The notes under the pieces are model-generated. The model did not search any database, was not told the DNA's origin, and saw nothing but the letters and a program-made list of their open reading frames with translations. A stretch of DNA of 64,000 nt. It comes from Vulcanimicrobiota bacterium (GTDB taxonomy: Bacteria > Vulcanimicrobiota > Vulcanimicrobiia > Vulcanimicrobiales > Vulcanimicrobiaceae). This document shows positions 1 to 10,829 of this stretch, in pieces (within the stretch, counting starts at the first letter, position 1; every line of letters starts with the position of its first letter). Location of the stretch: the NCBI GenBank assembly GCA_963733295.1, contig CAVTCS010000003.1, forward strand, positions 416,001 through 480,000, given 5' to 3'. The position numbers were made by a program, and so were the translations under genes.

Positions 1-1086
<1,086 letters not shown>

Positions 1087-1087
1087 G

Positions 1088-1876
1088 CTACCCCCCTTGG
1101 ACGACGACGCGCCGTTCGGCGAGCCGCCACACGACCGCCGAGACGCCGGCGAAAAGAACCAGCCACCCCATCTGAATTGTCAGCAGGCCTGGGATCTCCG
1201 CCGGGGCGACTTGCCCGATGTAGATGCGCAGCGGCGTCCAGTAGATCGAAGCGAAAGGCAACGCGCCCACGATCGCTCCGAGCGCTCCGGGAAAGAAACT
1301 AAGCGGCAGGATCTGACCGCCGAGCAGGTCCGATGCCCAGCGCACCATGAGCTGGAGCGCGAACGTTTCGAGCGTCCAGAAAGCAACGACGTTCATCAGG
1401 AAATTCAGGAAGAAATTGACGAGGTAGCCGAGTGCGAACGAGACGAGAAAGAGCGCGAGGGTGGCCGGTGCCGGAACGTCGATGTGAACGAGCAACAGCG
1501 CGAGAAGAACCGACGGAACGATCATGAGCGCGTGAAAGACCGTCTGGCCGAACCCATCGCTGAAAAAGTAGAGCGGGAGACTGATCGGTTTCATCAAGTC
1601 CGTTGCGATCGTGCCTTCCCGAATCCTCTCGCGAATCGAGCGCGTCCCGTCGATCTCGAGGATCAGGCTCATCAAGAGTGCGACCGTCGCGTAGGTGATC
1701 ATCGCGTGCAGCGGGATGTCGGCGGGGGCGGCGTTCTGCGAGTAAAGCGCGGTCCACAGCGAGCGGAAGAGATAGACGCGCAAGAACACCGATCCGATGT
1801 TGGTGAAAACCTCGAAGCGGTAGGTCGCCTCGCGCGCGAAAGCCTTGCGCGCGAATTCGACGTAAGGTTCGATCAA
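1088..1876 (-). CDS. ABC-2 family exporter permease (DUF990-type)
   Basis: About 6 hydrophobic segments; IREGTIATDLMKP and LLGGQILPLSFFP motifs; C-terminal VVQGG; overlaps the upstream ATPase stop by 4 bp. Confidence 0.85.
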   Translation of the reverse strand: MIEPYVEFARKAFAREATYRFEVFTNIGSVFLRVYLFRSLWTALYSQNAAPADIPLHAMITYATVALLMSLILEIDGTRSIRERIREGTIATDLMKPISLPLYFFSDGFGQTVFHALMIVPSVLLALLLVHIDVPAPATLALFLVSFALGYLVNFFLNFLMNVVAFWTLETFALQLMVRWASDLLGGQILPLSFFPGALGAIVGALPFASIYWTPLRIYIGQVAPAEIPGLLTIQMGWLVLFAGVSAVVWRLAERRVVVQGG

Positions 1877-2901
1877 CGCGCGACTTCGGCGGGGGGTGGC
1901 GGCCCGACCGCGTCGGGGTCAGAATACCCCTCGCGGTAGATTCGTCTGATGATCGATTCGAGATCGGGCTCCTCGAGCGTCACGTCGTTGATGCAGTAGT
2001 TGTCTGCGACGCGCCGGATCAGCTGGTCGGCGCTGACGGCGTTACGATCGAATTTCAAGCGAACCGTGTTGGCGACGCGGGACTCGAACGTCGCGTCCGG
2101 GACCGCCACGTCGCGCTCGCCGTCGCAGAGTTCGACGACCAGCGTGCGATGCGTGCCGTACTCGGACTTGATGCGCTCGACCTCGCCGTCATAGATGACC
2201 TTGCCCTCGTCGATCAATACGATCCGCGGGCAGATCCGCTCGACGTCGGCGAGGTCGTGGGTCGTGAGGATGACGGTCGTTCCCCGTTCCGCGTTGACCC
2301 GTATGATGAAGTTGCGGATCGCTTCCTTGGCCACGACGTCGAGACCGATCGTCGGCTCGTCGAGAAAGACGATGCGCGGGTCGTGGAGCATTGCCGCCGC
2401 GAAGTCGCCGCGCATGCGTTGCCCGAGCGAGAGCTGGCGGACCGGCGTTTGCAGAAAGTCGCCCATTTCCAGCAGCTCGGTGAAGTCGTGCAGATTTTTC
2501 CGATAGCGCTCGCGCGGAACCGCGTAGATTGCGCGCAAGAGTTCGAAGGACTCGATCAAGGGAAGGTCCCAGTACAGCTGGCTGCGCTGTCCGAACACGA
2601 CGCCGATGCTGCGGGCGTTGCGCTTGCGCTCGGCATAGGGAACGAGACCGTTCACCGTTACCTCTCCTGAGGTCGGCACGAGGATGCCCGTGAGCATCTT
2701 GATCGTCGTCGACTTTCCGGCGCCGTTGGGGCCGATGTAACCGACCAGTTCGCCGGGCTCGAGCGACATCGTCACGCCCTCGACGGCGACGCGGTCGACG
2801 TACTCGCGCGAGAAGAGGGTGCGCAGCGCACCGAGCGCTCCCGGGCTGCGCTTGACCGCGCGAAAGACTTTTCGTAAATCGCGCGTCTCGATGATCGGCA
2901 T
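1873..2901 (-). CDS. ABC exporter ATP-binding protein
   Basis: Start at MPIIETRDL (ATG 2901). Walker A GPNGAGKS, signature LSLGQRMR, Walker B FLDEPT, H-loop TTHD. Confidence 0.92.
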   Translation of the reverse strand: MPIIETRDLRKVFRAVKRSPGALGALRTLFSREYVDRVAVEGVTMSLEPGELVGYIGPNGAGKSTTIKMLTGILVPTSGEVTVNGLVPYAERKRNARSIGVVFGQRSQLYWDLPLIESFELLRAIYAVPRERYRKNLHDFTELLEMGDFLQTPVRQLSLGQRMRGDFAAAMLHDPRIVFLDEPTIGLDVVAKEAIRNFIIRVNAERGTTVILTTHDLADVERICPRIVLIDEGKVIYDGEVERIKSEYGTHRTLVVELCDGERDVAVPDATFESRVANTVRLKFDRNAVSADQLIRRVADNYCINDVTLEEPDLESIIRRIYREGYSDPDAVGPPPPAEVAR

Positions 2902-2939
2902 CGCTCGTTTGGTTCCGCGGCCTCGCAGCGCCCTCCCGG

Positions 2940-4841
2940 TTACGCGGCGCCGAGCGCCTCCACCGGTTCCAGCGCGAGCGTCGCGACGCGGCGCGCGAGG
3001 GCCATGATCGTGAGCATCGGGTTCACCCCGCTCGCCTGCGGGAACAACGATGCGTCCGCGACGAGCACGTTCTCGAGACCCCGCACGCGACCGCGCGCGT
3101 CGACGACCGAACGGTCCGGATCGCTTCCCATTGCGGCCGTACCCATCTGGTGCGCGCTGAAGAGCGGCTGGCGATTCGGCGCGACGCCGAGCGCGCGCAG
3201 TCGAGCGACGAGCGCCGCCCGCGACGCGGGGTTCCATTCGGCGGCATCGAGTTCCAGAGGTGCGGCGTGCAGCGTACGTACTTTGCGCGCGCCTGCGGCG
3301 AAGGCGACGTCGATCGCTCCGGCGAGTCCGGCGAGCGCGTTTTCGGCATCGAACGGTGCGAGCGAGTAGTGGATTGCCGCTTCGCCGTCGAGGTCGACGC
3401 TGCCCGGATCGCGATCGCGCGTCAAGGCGATCAGCAGGGCGGTGCGGCTCAATTCGTCCATCCAGCGCGCGTGCGCGGTAGCGCTGGTCCAGGGCAGCGC
3501 CATCGCAGCGAAAGCCGGATGGACCGGAGCGACCTCGAGCTTGGCGCCGTAGTTTCCGGCGCGATAGTTGAAGGCATCGGAATATGCGGTTTGGATCGGT
3601 CCGTTCCAGGCCTCGATGGGACGGTCGAAAAGTGCCGCGATCGCGAAAACCGGATGAACGAACAGCCGCTTTCCAAGCAACGGATGCGCGAGTCCGCTGC
3701 GCGCGAGCAAGCCGGGCGTGCGCAACGAACCCGCGGCGCAGACTACCGTTCGAGCGCGGACGTTGACGCGCCGCTCCACACCGGCGGCGTCGCGTTGAAG
3801 CGCGGCAACGCCGATTGCACGCGTGTCTTCAGTCAACAGCCGTTGGGCGCGGGCGTTCGTCAAGATCGCTCCGCCGTTCCGGATGACATCGGGCAGAAAG
3901 CATTTGAGCGTCGAGCGCTTCCTGTCGTACGCGCAACCCATGCCGCAGTAACCGCAACCCTCGCCGCAATCGGCCGGCGCGTTGCGCGGCATTTCGCCGA
4001 CCGTAAGGCCGAGCGTGCGGCATCCCTCGAGAAGGATGGAGTTGTTCGGATTGTGCCGTTCGCACGGCGCGAGCTGCAACTCTGCCTCGAGCGCGTCATA
4101 GTGTGGCGCGAGCTCGGCGCCTAACCCCTCGATCCCGCTTTCCGCCTCCCATTCTGCGGCGATGCGCGGCGGCAGGCGGAACGAGGTCGACCAGTTGATC
4201 GTGGTCCCGCCGCCGAGGGCCGCGCCGGCTAGGACGATCAAACCGAGATCCTGCGATGAGGCCAGACCGCCTTCGAGATAGAGGTTCGGAATCGAAGTCT
4301 CGCGCTGCGTAAAGTCGGCCGCGCCATAGGCTCCGCCGGCTTCGAGCACGACGACGCGCCTGCCGCTTCGCGCGAAGGTCGCTGCGGCGACGCCGCCGCC
4401 GGCACCGCTGCCGATGACGACGACGTCGGCTTCGAGCGTCTCGCCGTCACGCGCCCACGTGAGTGGCGGTAGCGTTTGCGTCGTCGAGCGATCGCCGCGA
4501 GGTCCCGGATACCCGATGCGTTTCCAGGTGCGGTGCTCGCCCGCGGCATCGCCGTCGGCGTATGCGGCGAACAGTGCGAGCCTCTTGAGCGTCGCGAAGC
4601 CGGTGCGTAACTTGCCGACCGGCGAACCGGCCATCGCTGCAAGCACGCGCGAGCGCGCGCCGAGCGGCAGACGCATCGGCGCCGCCAGAAGATCGAGGAG
4701 AAGTTCGAGCTCGCTTCGCCGTTTCGGACTCAGCGTCGCGATCGTTTCGACGAGCGACGAGGCGACGTGTCCCGGCTCCGCGTCAGGCGGCACGAAGACC
4801 TCGACCGCAGCGAGCAGCGTCCGTTGGCGGCCGGATTTCAT
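2940..4841 (-). CDS. GMC family oxidoreductase, long-chain fatty alcohol oxidase-like
   Basis: VVVIGSGAGGG FAD motif, LGGGTTINW, CGYCGMGC, FSAHQMGT, ASGVNPMLT. Confidence 0.85.
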   Translation of the reverse strand: MKSGRQRTLLAAVEVFVPPDAEPGHVASSLVETIATLSPKRRSELELLLDLLAAPMRLPLGARSRVLAAMAGSPVGKLRTGFATLKRLALFAAYADGDAAGEHRTWKRIGYPGPRGDRSTTQTLPPLTWARDGETLEADVVVIGSGAGGGVAAATFARSGRRVVVLEAGGAYGAADFTQRETSIPNLYLEGGLASSQDLGLIVLAGAALGGGTTINWSTSFRLPPRIAAEWEAESGIEGLGAELAPHYDALEAELQLAPCERHNPNNSILLEGCRTLGLTVGEMPRNAPADCGEGCGYCGMGCAYDRKRSTLKCFLPDVIRNGGAILTNARAQRLLTEDTRAIGVAALQRDAAGVERRVNVRARTVVCAAGSLRTPGLLARSGLAHPLLGKRLFVHPVFAIAALFDRPIEAWNGPIQTAYSDAFNYRAGNYGAKLEVAPVHPAFAAMALPWTSATAHARWMDELSRTALLIALTRDRDPGSVDLDGEAAIHYSLAPFDAENALAGLAGAIDVAFAAGARKVRTLHAAPLELDAAEWNPASRAALVARLRALGVAPNRQPLFSAHQMGTAAMGSDPDRSVVDARGRVRGLENVLVADASLFPQASGVNPMLTIMALARRVATLALEPVEALGAA

Positions 4842-4919
4842 GATCCGAGCTTCGACGACCGCGGGAATCAGGCTTCCGGCTCCGGCGGACCAGCCGAGAC
4901 CCGGCTCGAAGGCCGTCGC

Positions 4920-5540
4920 GTGATCGTCACGATTTCACGCGAGTACGGTGCCGGTGGCTTGGCCATCGCGGATGCGACTGCCCGGGCGCTCGGTTACGAC
5001 TTGCTTACCGACGATCTTCCCAAGACCGTGGCGGCTCGCTTGGGGACCTCGGCCGAAGAAGTTTCTTCGCGCGATAGTGCCCCGCGTTCGCTCCCGGAAC
5101 GCATGCTCGGCAGCCTCGAAGCTGGATCGCCCGAAGCGATCTCGACCGATCCGCCGCTCCCCGATGCGTTCGACGAATCGGTCCGTCGAGAAATCGAGCG
5201 GACGATCCGCGAACGCGCCGCCGCCGGTAACCTCGTCGTGCTGGGTCGAGTCGGAAGCGCCGTGCTTGCGGGTGCGCCCGGACTCGTGCGCGTTTTCGTG
5301 CGCGCGGAGCGCGCGTGGCGCATCGACCGGATCGTCGAGAACTTCGGCCGGACGCCCGCCCAGGCAGCCGGCGACATCGACCGGCTCGATGCCGCGCGCC
5401 GCAGGTTTGCAAAAGAACGCTACAAGATGGCCTGGGGTGAGGCGCGTTCGTACGATCTCGTCATCGATGCGTCGTGTTTCGGGATCGATGGCGCGACCGG
5501 TTTGATCGTGGCTGCAGTCCGGTTTCTCGAAAGCCGATGA
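4920..5540 (+). CDS. Cytidylate kinase-like family protein (Cytidylate_kin2)
   Basis: GTG start at 4920; VIVTISREYGAGG, VVLGR, YDLVID motifs. Confidence 0.8.
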   Translation: MIVTISREYGAGGLAIADATARALGYDLLTDDLPKTVAARLGTSAEEVSSRDSAPRSLPERMLGSLEAGSPEAISTDPPLPDAFDESVRREIERTIRERAAAGNLVVLGRVGSAVLAGAPGLVRVFVRAERAWRIDRIVENFGRTPAQAAGDIDRLDAARRRFAKERYKMAWGEARSYDLVIDASCFGIDGATGLIVAAVRFLESR

Positions 5541-6802
5541 GCCTCGTACGCCCGCCGGTCACGCTCGAAGAGCCGGAGATTCCGCGTCGTCAGTCCACGC
5601 TGCTCACGCCGTTTCGTTACCGGGATTTCCGGCTGCTCTGGTTCGGACTGATCGTCTCCAACCTCGGCACGTGGATGCAGTTCACGACGCTCGGCTACCT
5701 CGTCGTGCAGCTGTCGCCGTCGCCTAGGCTGGCCGCGCTCAACGTCGGCATTCTGGGCGCTTCGAATGCGGTGCCGGTGCTGTTGCTCTCGCCGCTCGCA
5801 GGCGTCGTGGCCGATCGCTTTCCGCGGCGACGCGTCTTGCTGATAACGAACCTCATGACCTCGGCGATCGCGCTGACGCTCGCGCTGCTTGCGACCTTCA
5901 ATCTGCTGACGCTCTGGGAGATTTTCTTGCTCTCGGGAACGCGTGCCGCGAATCAGTCGTTTGACGCGCCGGCGCGTCAGAGCTGGGTCCCGCTGCTCGT
6001 GCCGCGCGAGTACGTCGGGACCGCGGTCGGCTTGAACTCGATCGCCTTCAACGCACCGAGCGTCGTCGGACCGCCGATTGCAGGTCTGCTCATCCTCTGG
6101 GTGGGCGTTTCGATCTCGTTCTATATGAACGCCGTTTTGACGTTGGCGGTGGTCGTTGCACTCGTTCTCATGCAGCCCGCGCCGCCGAGCTCGACGGCGC
6201 GGGAGGGCGTGTTCACCTCGATCGTCGCAGGCTTGCGCTTTTTGTTCGGTCACCACGTCCTTCGCTACGTGGTGCTGATGCTCTTGATCACGTGCATCTT
6301 GGTTCGGCCGTACGCGCAACTCTTACCCGCCTACGCCGCGCACGTCGTGCACGTCGACGCGCGCGGCCTCGGTTTGCTCCTCGCGGCCAGCGGTCTCGGA
6401 GCAATCTTCGGATCGCTGCTCACGGCGCTCGTGGGCAGCGGGCGGCGCGGGACCGTGTGGTTTTTCAGCGCGGTCTTGATGTCGCTCGGAACGATCGTGC
6501 TGGGAACGGTACACGTCTTTTGGGTCGCTCTGCTCGTTCTCGTCTTCATCGGACTTGCCGTACTCAGCTTTGCCGGCAGTTCGAACGTGCTGCTTCAGAC
6601 GCTCTCGCCGGACGACATGCGGGGACGCGCGATCTCCGTCTTCTCGATGATCATCCTCGGGCTCGTGCCGGCCGGTTCGCTGTTGCTCGGCTCGATCGCG
6701 ACGCTCGTCGGGCTACCGACCGCGATCTCCGCGGGAGGCGTCGTTTGCCTCGTCATCGCGATCGCAATCTACGCGAGCGATCCCGAACTCCGCGCCGTTT
6801 AA
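5537..6802 (+). CDS. MFS transporter (12-TM, DHA3/secretion-effector-like)
   Basis: FRLLWFGLIVSNLGTWMQ, GVVADRFPRRRVL, FDAPARQS, DDMRGRAIS; ATGA overlap with the upstream gene. Confidence 0.9.
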   Translation: MSLVRPPVTLEEPEIPRRQSTLLTPFRYRDFRLLWFGLIVSNLGTWMQFTTLGYLVVQLSPSPRLAALNVGILGASNAVPVLLLSPLAGVVADRFPRRRVLLITNLMTSAIALTLALLATFNLLTLWEIFLLSGTRAANQSFDAPARQSWVPLLVPREYVGTAVGLNSIAFNAPSVVGPPIAGLLILWVGVSISFYMNAVLTLAVVVALVLMQPAPPSSTAREGVFTSIVAGLRFLFGHHVLRYVVLMLLITCILVRPYAQLLPAYAAHVVHVDARGLGLLLAASGLGAIFGSLLTALVGSGRRGTVWFFSAVLMSLGTIVLGTVHVFWVALLVLVFIGLAVLSFAGSSNVLLQTLSPDDMRGRAISVFSMIILGLVPAGSLLLGSIATLVGLPTAISAGGVVCLVIAIAIYASDPELRAV

Positions 6803-6882
6803 GTGTGCTGGCTCGGCAAGGCAAGCCGGCCGCGAGGCCCCAAAGAGGGAGCCGGAGGTGCGGCGGCCAGATACCTCACATC

Positions 6883-7731
6883 GTGCACCGACCTTTTCGA
6901 CTTCTCGCGGCTGCGGCGATCTCGTTCATGCTTTTCGGCGTTGGGAACGGGACTGCGCTTGCGCAGCACCCGGCAAAGCCCTTGCCGCGGCCGGCGCACG
7001 TCGTCGTGATCGTCGAAGAGAACAAGACGCTGGCGCAAATCGTGGGGAGCGATTCCGCGCCGTACTTGAACGCAATCGTGCGCCGGAGTGCGCTCTTCAC
7101 GAATTCGCGCGGCGTCGCGCATCCGAGCCTGCCGAACTATTTTGCGCTGTTCGCCGGCCTCACGAACGACAACGGCAACGGCTGCCCGGCGACCGGCATC
7201 GCGAAGACGGCGCCGAATCTCGGCAGCGAATTGATCGCGGCGCACTTGACGTTCGACGGGTACGCCGAGGGTCTGCCGGCCGTCGGGTTCACCGGATGCT
7301 ACGCGGGTGAATACGCTCGGAAGCACGCCCCCTGGGTGCAATTCTCGAACGTGCCCGGCGCAAATAGCCTACCCCTCGACTCGCTCAAGACGTTCGACCA
7401 GTTGCCGACCGTCGCGTTCATCGTGCCGGACCTCGACGACGACATGCACGACGGCACGATCAAGGAGGCTGACGATTGGTTCGTGCACCACATCGGTCCG
7501 CTGCTGACATGGGCGAAAACGCACGATACGCTGGTGATCGTCACCTGGGACGAGGGCTTCGATCGGAACAATTCGATTCCGACGATCTTCGCAGGACCGA
7601 TGGTCAGGCCCGGACGCTACGCCGAGCCCATCACGCACTACCGCGTGCTGCGCACGATCGAGGCGTTCTTTGGGTTGCCGCCGACAGGCCACGCCGCCCA
7701 GGTGTCGCCGATCGCCGACACCTGGCGCTAG
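6883..7731 (+). CDS. Secreted acid phosphatase / phosphoesterase (SapM-like, alkaline phosphatase superfamily)
   Basis: Signal peptide, then PRPAHVVVIVEENK, HPSLPNYFALFAG, YARKHAPW, DMHDG, TWDE. Start GTG 6883 is inferred. Confidence 0.82.
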   Translation: MHRPFRLLAAAAISFMLFGVGNGTALAQHPAKPLPRPAHVVVIVEENKTLAQIVGSDSAPYLNAIVRRSALFTNSRGVAHPSLPNYFALFAGLTNDNGNGCPATGIAKTAPNLGSELIAAHLTFDGYAEGLPAVGFTGCYAGEYARKHAPWVQFSNVPGANSLPLDSLKTFDQLPTVAFIVPDLDDDMHDGTIKEADDWFVHHIGPLLTWAKTHDTLVIVTWDEGFDRNNSIPTIFAGPMVRPGRYAEPITHYRVLRTIEAFFGLPPTGHAAQVSPIADTWR

Positions 7732-7736
7732 TGCCG

Positions 7737-8513
7737 CTAGCGATTGCCGGCGACGTCCGATAGCGCTTGATCGAAGCGCGTCAGCGCCGAGTAGCGGTGA
7801 ATCATCAGCAAGTTCTCCGACTCGCCGGCTGCGCCCCAGTCCTCGATGAACGCCAACTGGTAGCCGTTGGCGGCGGCGAGTCTCGCAACGCGCTCGTCGT
7901 AGTTGTCTTCGGGATACACGAGTGCGTAAACGGGCTGGCCCAGCCGGTGCTCGAGTGAGTAGCGCGAGAGGGTCAATTCGTGCACGACGTCCGCGTCGGA
8001 AAGTTGCCGGAGGTCGGGTGGATGATTCGCCGTCAGACTCTGCACGTCGATGAGCCCGCTCCGTTCCATTTCTTTGAGTTGCGCCCACGTGTTGTGCCGC
8101 TTTGAGGTCGTCGTGCCGACGAAGTTCGTGTGAACGAAGAGCGTCGCCGGATAGTGGTATTTCACGAGCAGCGGAAAGGCGTTGTCGTAGATGCCGTGAC
8201 CGTTGTCGTCGAAGGTGAGGGCCAGCGGCTTGGAGGGGACGGCTTTGCCGGAAACCAGGTGGTCGCGCAGCATCGCGAGCGGGATCACATGATATCCCCC
8301 GCGCCGAATCGCCTCGAGCTGCGCGCGGAAGGTCGCTAGGGGCGTGTCGAACCATACCTCCCGGTCGCCGTCGATGACGTCGTGCCAGACGATGACCGCG
8401 AGATATGGCGTCTTGCCGCCCGTAGCAACCGGGGGTAAGGCGCTTTGCGAAGCCGCCGCCATCGGGACCAGCAGCAGCGCCGTGCAGACGGCATTTCGTA
8501 GTCGATTGACCAT
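7737..8513 (-). CDS. Secreted polysaccharide deacetylase (CE4/NodB, IcaB/PgaB-like)
   Basis: Signal peptide from ATG 8513; VIVWHDV, LTFDD, ATLFV, SLTANH, YP motifs. Confidence 0.85.
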   Translation of the reverse strand: MVNRLRNAVCTALLLVPMAAASQSALPPVATGGKTPYLAVIVWHDVIDGDREVWFDTPLATFRAQLEAIRRGGYHVIPLAMLRDHLVSGKAVPSKPLALTFDDNGHGIYDNAFPLLVKYHYPATLFVHTNFVGTTTSKRHNTWAQLKEMERSGLIDVQSLTANHPPDLRQLSDADVVHELTLSRYSLEHRLGQPVYALVYPEDNYDERVARLAAANGYQLAFIEDWGAAGESENLLMIHRYSALTRFDQALSDVAGNR

Positions 8514-8595
8514 TGCGGAAGGTCTTGTTAGAGTCTCGAGGGAGAATCCCCGGTGGCCGAAATGGAAGTCGCGACGAGCTTTCGATCCGACCGGA

Positions 8596-8762
8596 CTAGA
8601 GTGTGCTGTCTCCGATATAGCTTTACAGTCGCTCGGCGCTTTTCCGCCGCCGCTGCGTCGCTCCTCGCTCAAATGACGCTGTCATTCCACGCTCGTCGCT
8701 CCTTGCGGCAGCGAAAAATCGCTGTCGCTTTGTGTAAACCTATATCGGAGACAGCACACTAG
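8596..8762. mobile_element. MITE-like / REP-like non-autonomous hairpin element
   Basis: Perfect 21-bp terminal inverted repeat: AGTGTGCTGTCTCCGATATAG (8600-8620) and CTATATCGGAGACAGCACACT (8740-8760), extending to 28 bp with one mismatch. CTAG at both ends (8596-8599, 8759-8762). Nested internal stems CGCTGC/GCAGCG and AATGAC/GTCATT. No transposase. Confidence 0.72.
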
Positions 8763-8763
8763 C

Positions 8764-10827
8764 ATGCGCAAACGCGTCGTGCCGCTCGCGGTGGCGGTCG
8801 TCGTGGCGGCGCTGCTCTTGGCCGTGGTCTTGCGCGCGCCGATCGAGCGTGCCGTCGTGACGTCGCTCTTGCAGCGCGCGACGGGGCTTTCCGTCGACAT
8901 GGATGAGATCCGCGAGGTTCCGGGCGGCATCGCACTCGGCGGTTTTCGCGCGCGCTCCGAGAACGGGGACCTCAGGCTGCAAGCTCCGCGTGTCGTTCTG
9001 ACGCGCAGCGGAGCGGGCTTCGACGTCGAGTTCGACGGATTGCAGGCGACTGCAGCCGTAGGAAGTTGGACTGCGCCCCTCGATCGTGCAACGGCCTTCG
9101 CGCGCCGCTTTCTCATCGGCGAAGGGAGCCTGGCCGCGCGCCTGCACGATTGCTCGCTGCTGCTGACCGGCGGCGATATGCCATCCTGGAATCTCGCCTT
9201 TCGCAGCATCGATGGGACGGTGCGGCAAGTGGGCCGCGTTGCGAGCTACGATGTGAGCGGTGCCTTGGCCGACGGCAACGCAACCTATCCCGTGTCCGCG
9301 CACTCCGAGGTCCTCGCCGATCGCGTCACCGATCGCTGGACTGCCGCGGCGCTTCCACTCGCACCGCTGGCTGCGCTCGTGTCCGAAGGCCCCGTCCACG
9401 TTTCGGGCGGCCGGCTTACCGGCGTCGATCTTACGCTGGTTCGCGATCCGTACGGCCTCCCGCTCTCGCTCAAAGCGAACGCGCACGTCGAGGATGGTTC
9501 GGCCAGCTTGAGTGGCGATCGCGTGCACGATATTCGCGGATTGCACGGCGCGCTCGTCCTCAACGGCGACGCCCTCGCAAGCGTGAAGATCGCGGGCAGC
9601 GTCGACGCGATCCCGCTCGACGTCTCGGGCGAAGCCGACGGGTTCGCGCCGCCCGGAAGCCGGCCTTCGAAAGGCGCGCGCGATCTCTTGCAATTGGCGC
9701 GGCTTCTCGCCGGGATCGCCGATCAGCCGAGTTTGACCTCGATCCACGTCGAAACCACGGCGCCCGGCGCAGCTTTCGGTCAATACGGTTTGACGACCGA
9801 ACACGGGCCGCTGGCGGTACAAGTCATCGCCATCGATCCGCACGAGCCGACCTTGCGCTGGGACACGGCGCTCTCGAACGATCGCATCATCTCGGGCGGC
9901 GAACGGACCTCGGAAATGGGTCTGCGCACCGGCGCGATTGCGGGCGTGAACGGCGACTACTTCGACATCGGCCGTACCTATCAACCGCAGGGTCTGCTAA
10001 TTTCTCACGGGGAGCTCTTGCGTGGCCCGACCGATCGGCAGGCTCTCCTGATTCACCGGGATGGAAGCGTCTCGTTCGGAGAGTACCGCTTGCGCGGGAC
10101 GCTAGCGACGCCGCACGGCGATTTTCCGGTTACGCAGCTGAACAACTGGCCCGCCGGCGAGGTGACCGTCATCACGCCGGCGTTCGGCAAAGAACTGCCA
10201 CCGGCGGACGGCGTTACGTTCGCGGTTTTGATTCCGCTAAAGCAGCCCGGCGAGTATCGCGTCGGCACGGTCACGCCGATGAGCGAGCCGGTTCCCGTCC
10301 GTTTCGGATTGGCTTTCGGTCCGCTCGCGCGCGCCGAACTCCATCCGGGTGAGGAAATTCATCTAAAGTTCGCGCTCGATCCGCCGGCGGCCGACGTCGT
10401 TGCGGGAATCGGAGGCGGCCCGCTGCTGCTGCGCGACGGGCAATGGTTCGAGGACCCGCACGCGCCGGCTCCCGACGAGCGCGACGTGCGCTGGCCGGTC
10501 GTTGCGCTCGCGCGGCTGAGCGACGATTCGCTCTTGCTTGTCGCCGTCGACGGCCGTCATCCCGAGCGTTCGGTTGGGATGACGCGACCAGAATTCGCCG
10601 ATTTGTTGCGCAACTTCAAAGCGGTCGATGCCATGGCGTTGGATTCCGGCGGCTCGGTCACGATGGTTTCACGGGCGCCGGGCGATGCGAAGGTGAGCGT
10701 CCGCAACGTTCCGTCCGATAACAGCGCAGAGCGCTGGGTCTCGGACGGTCTGTTCCTGTACAGTTCTGCGCCCGCACCCGCGCTGCTCGAGGCTGCGAAG
10801 GTACCCGCTGTGAGCCTGGATCCTTAG
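8764..10827 (+). CDS. Phosphodiester glycosidase (NAGPA domain) family protein with N-terminal membrane anchor and AsmA-like beta-rich region
   Basis: AGVNGDYFD, GIGGGPLLLRDG, LLVAVDGR, SVGMT, AMALDSGGS, NVPSD..ERWVSDGL; N-terminal TM segment. Confidence 0.85.
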   Translation: MRKRVVPLAVAVVVAALLLAVVLRAPIERAVVTSLLQRATGLSVDMDEIREVPGGIALGGFRARSENGDLRLQAPRVVLTRSGAGFDVEFDGLQATAAVGSWTAPLDRATAFARRFLIGEGSLAARLHDCSLLLTGGDMPSWNLAFRSIDGTVRQVGRVASYDVSGALADGNATYPVSAHSEVLADRVTDRWTAAALPLAPLAALVSEGPVHVSGGRLTGVDLTLVRDPYGLPLSLKANAHVEDGSASLSGDRVHDIRGLHGALVLNGDALASVKIAGSVDAIPLDVSGEADGFAPPGSRPSKGARDLLQLARLLAGIADQPSLTSIHVETTAPGAAFGQYGLTTEHGPLAVQVIAIDPHEPTLRWDTALSNDRIISGGERTSEMGLRTGAIAGVNGDYFDIGRTYQPQGLLISHGELLRGPTDRQALLIHRDGSVSFGEYRLRGTLATPHGDFPVTQLNNWPAGEVTVITPAFGKELPPADGVTFAVLIPLKQPGEYRVGTVTPMSEPVPVRFGLAFGPLARAELHPGEEIHLKFALDPPAADVVAGIGGGPLLLRDGQWFEDPHAPAPDERDVRWPVVALARLSDDSLLLVAVDGRHPERSVGMTRPEFADLLRNFKAVDAMALDSGGSVTMVSRAPGDAKVSVRNVPSDNSAERWVSDGLFLYSSAPAPALLEAAKVPAVSLDP

Positions 10828-10829
10828 GA

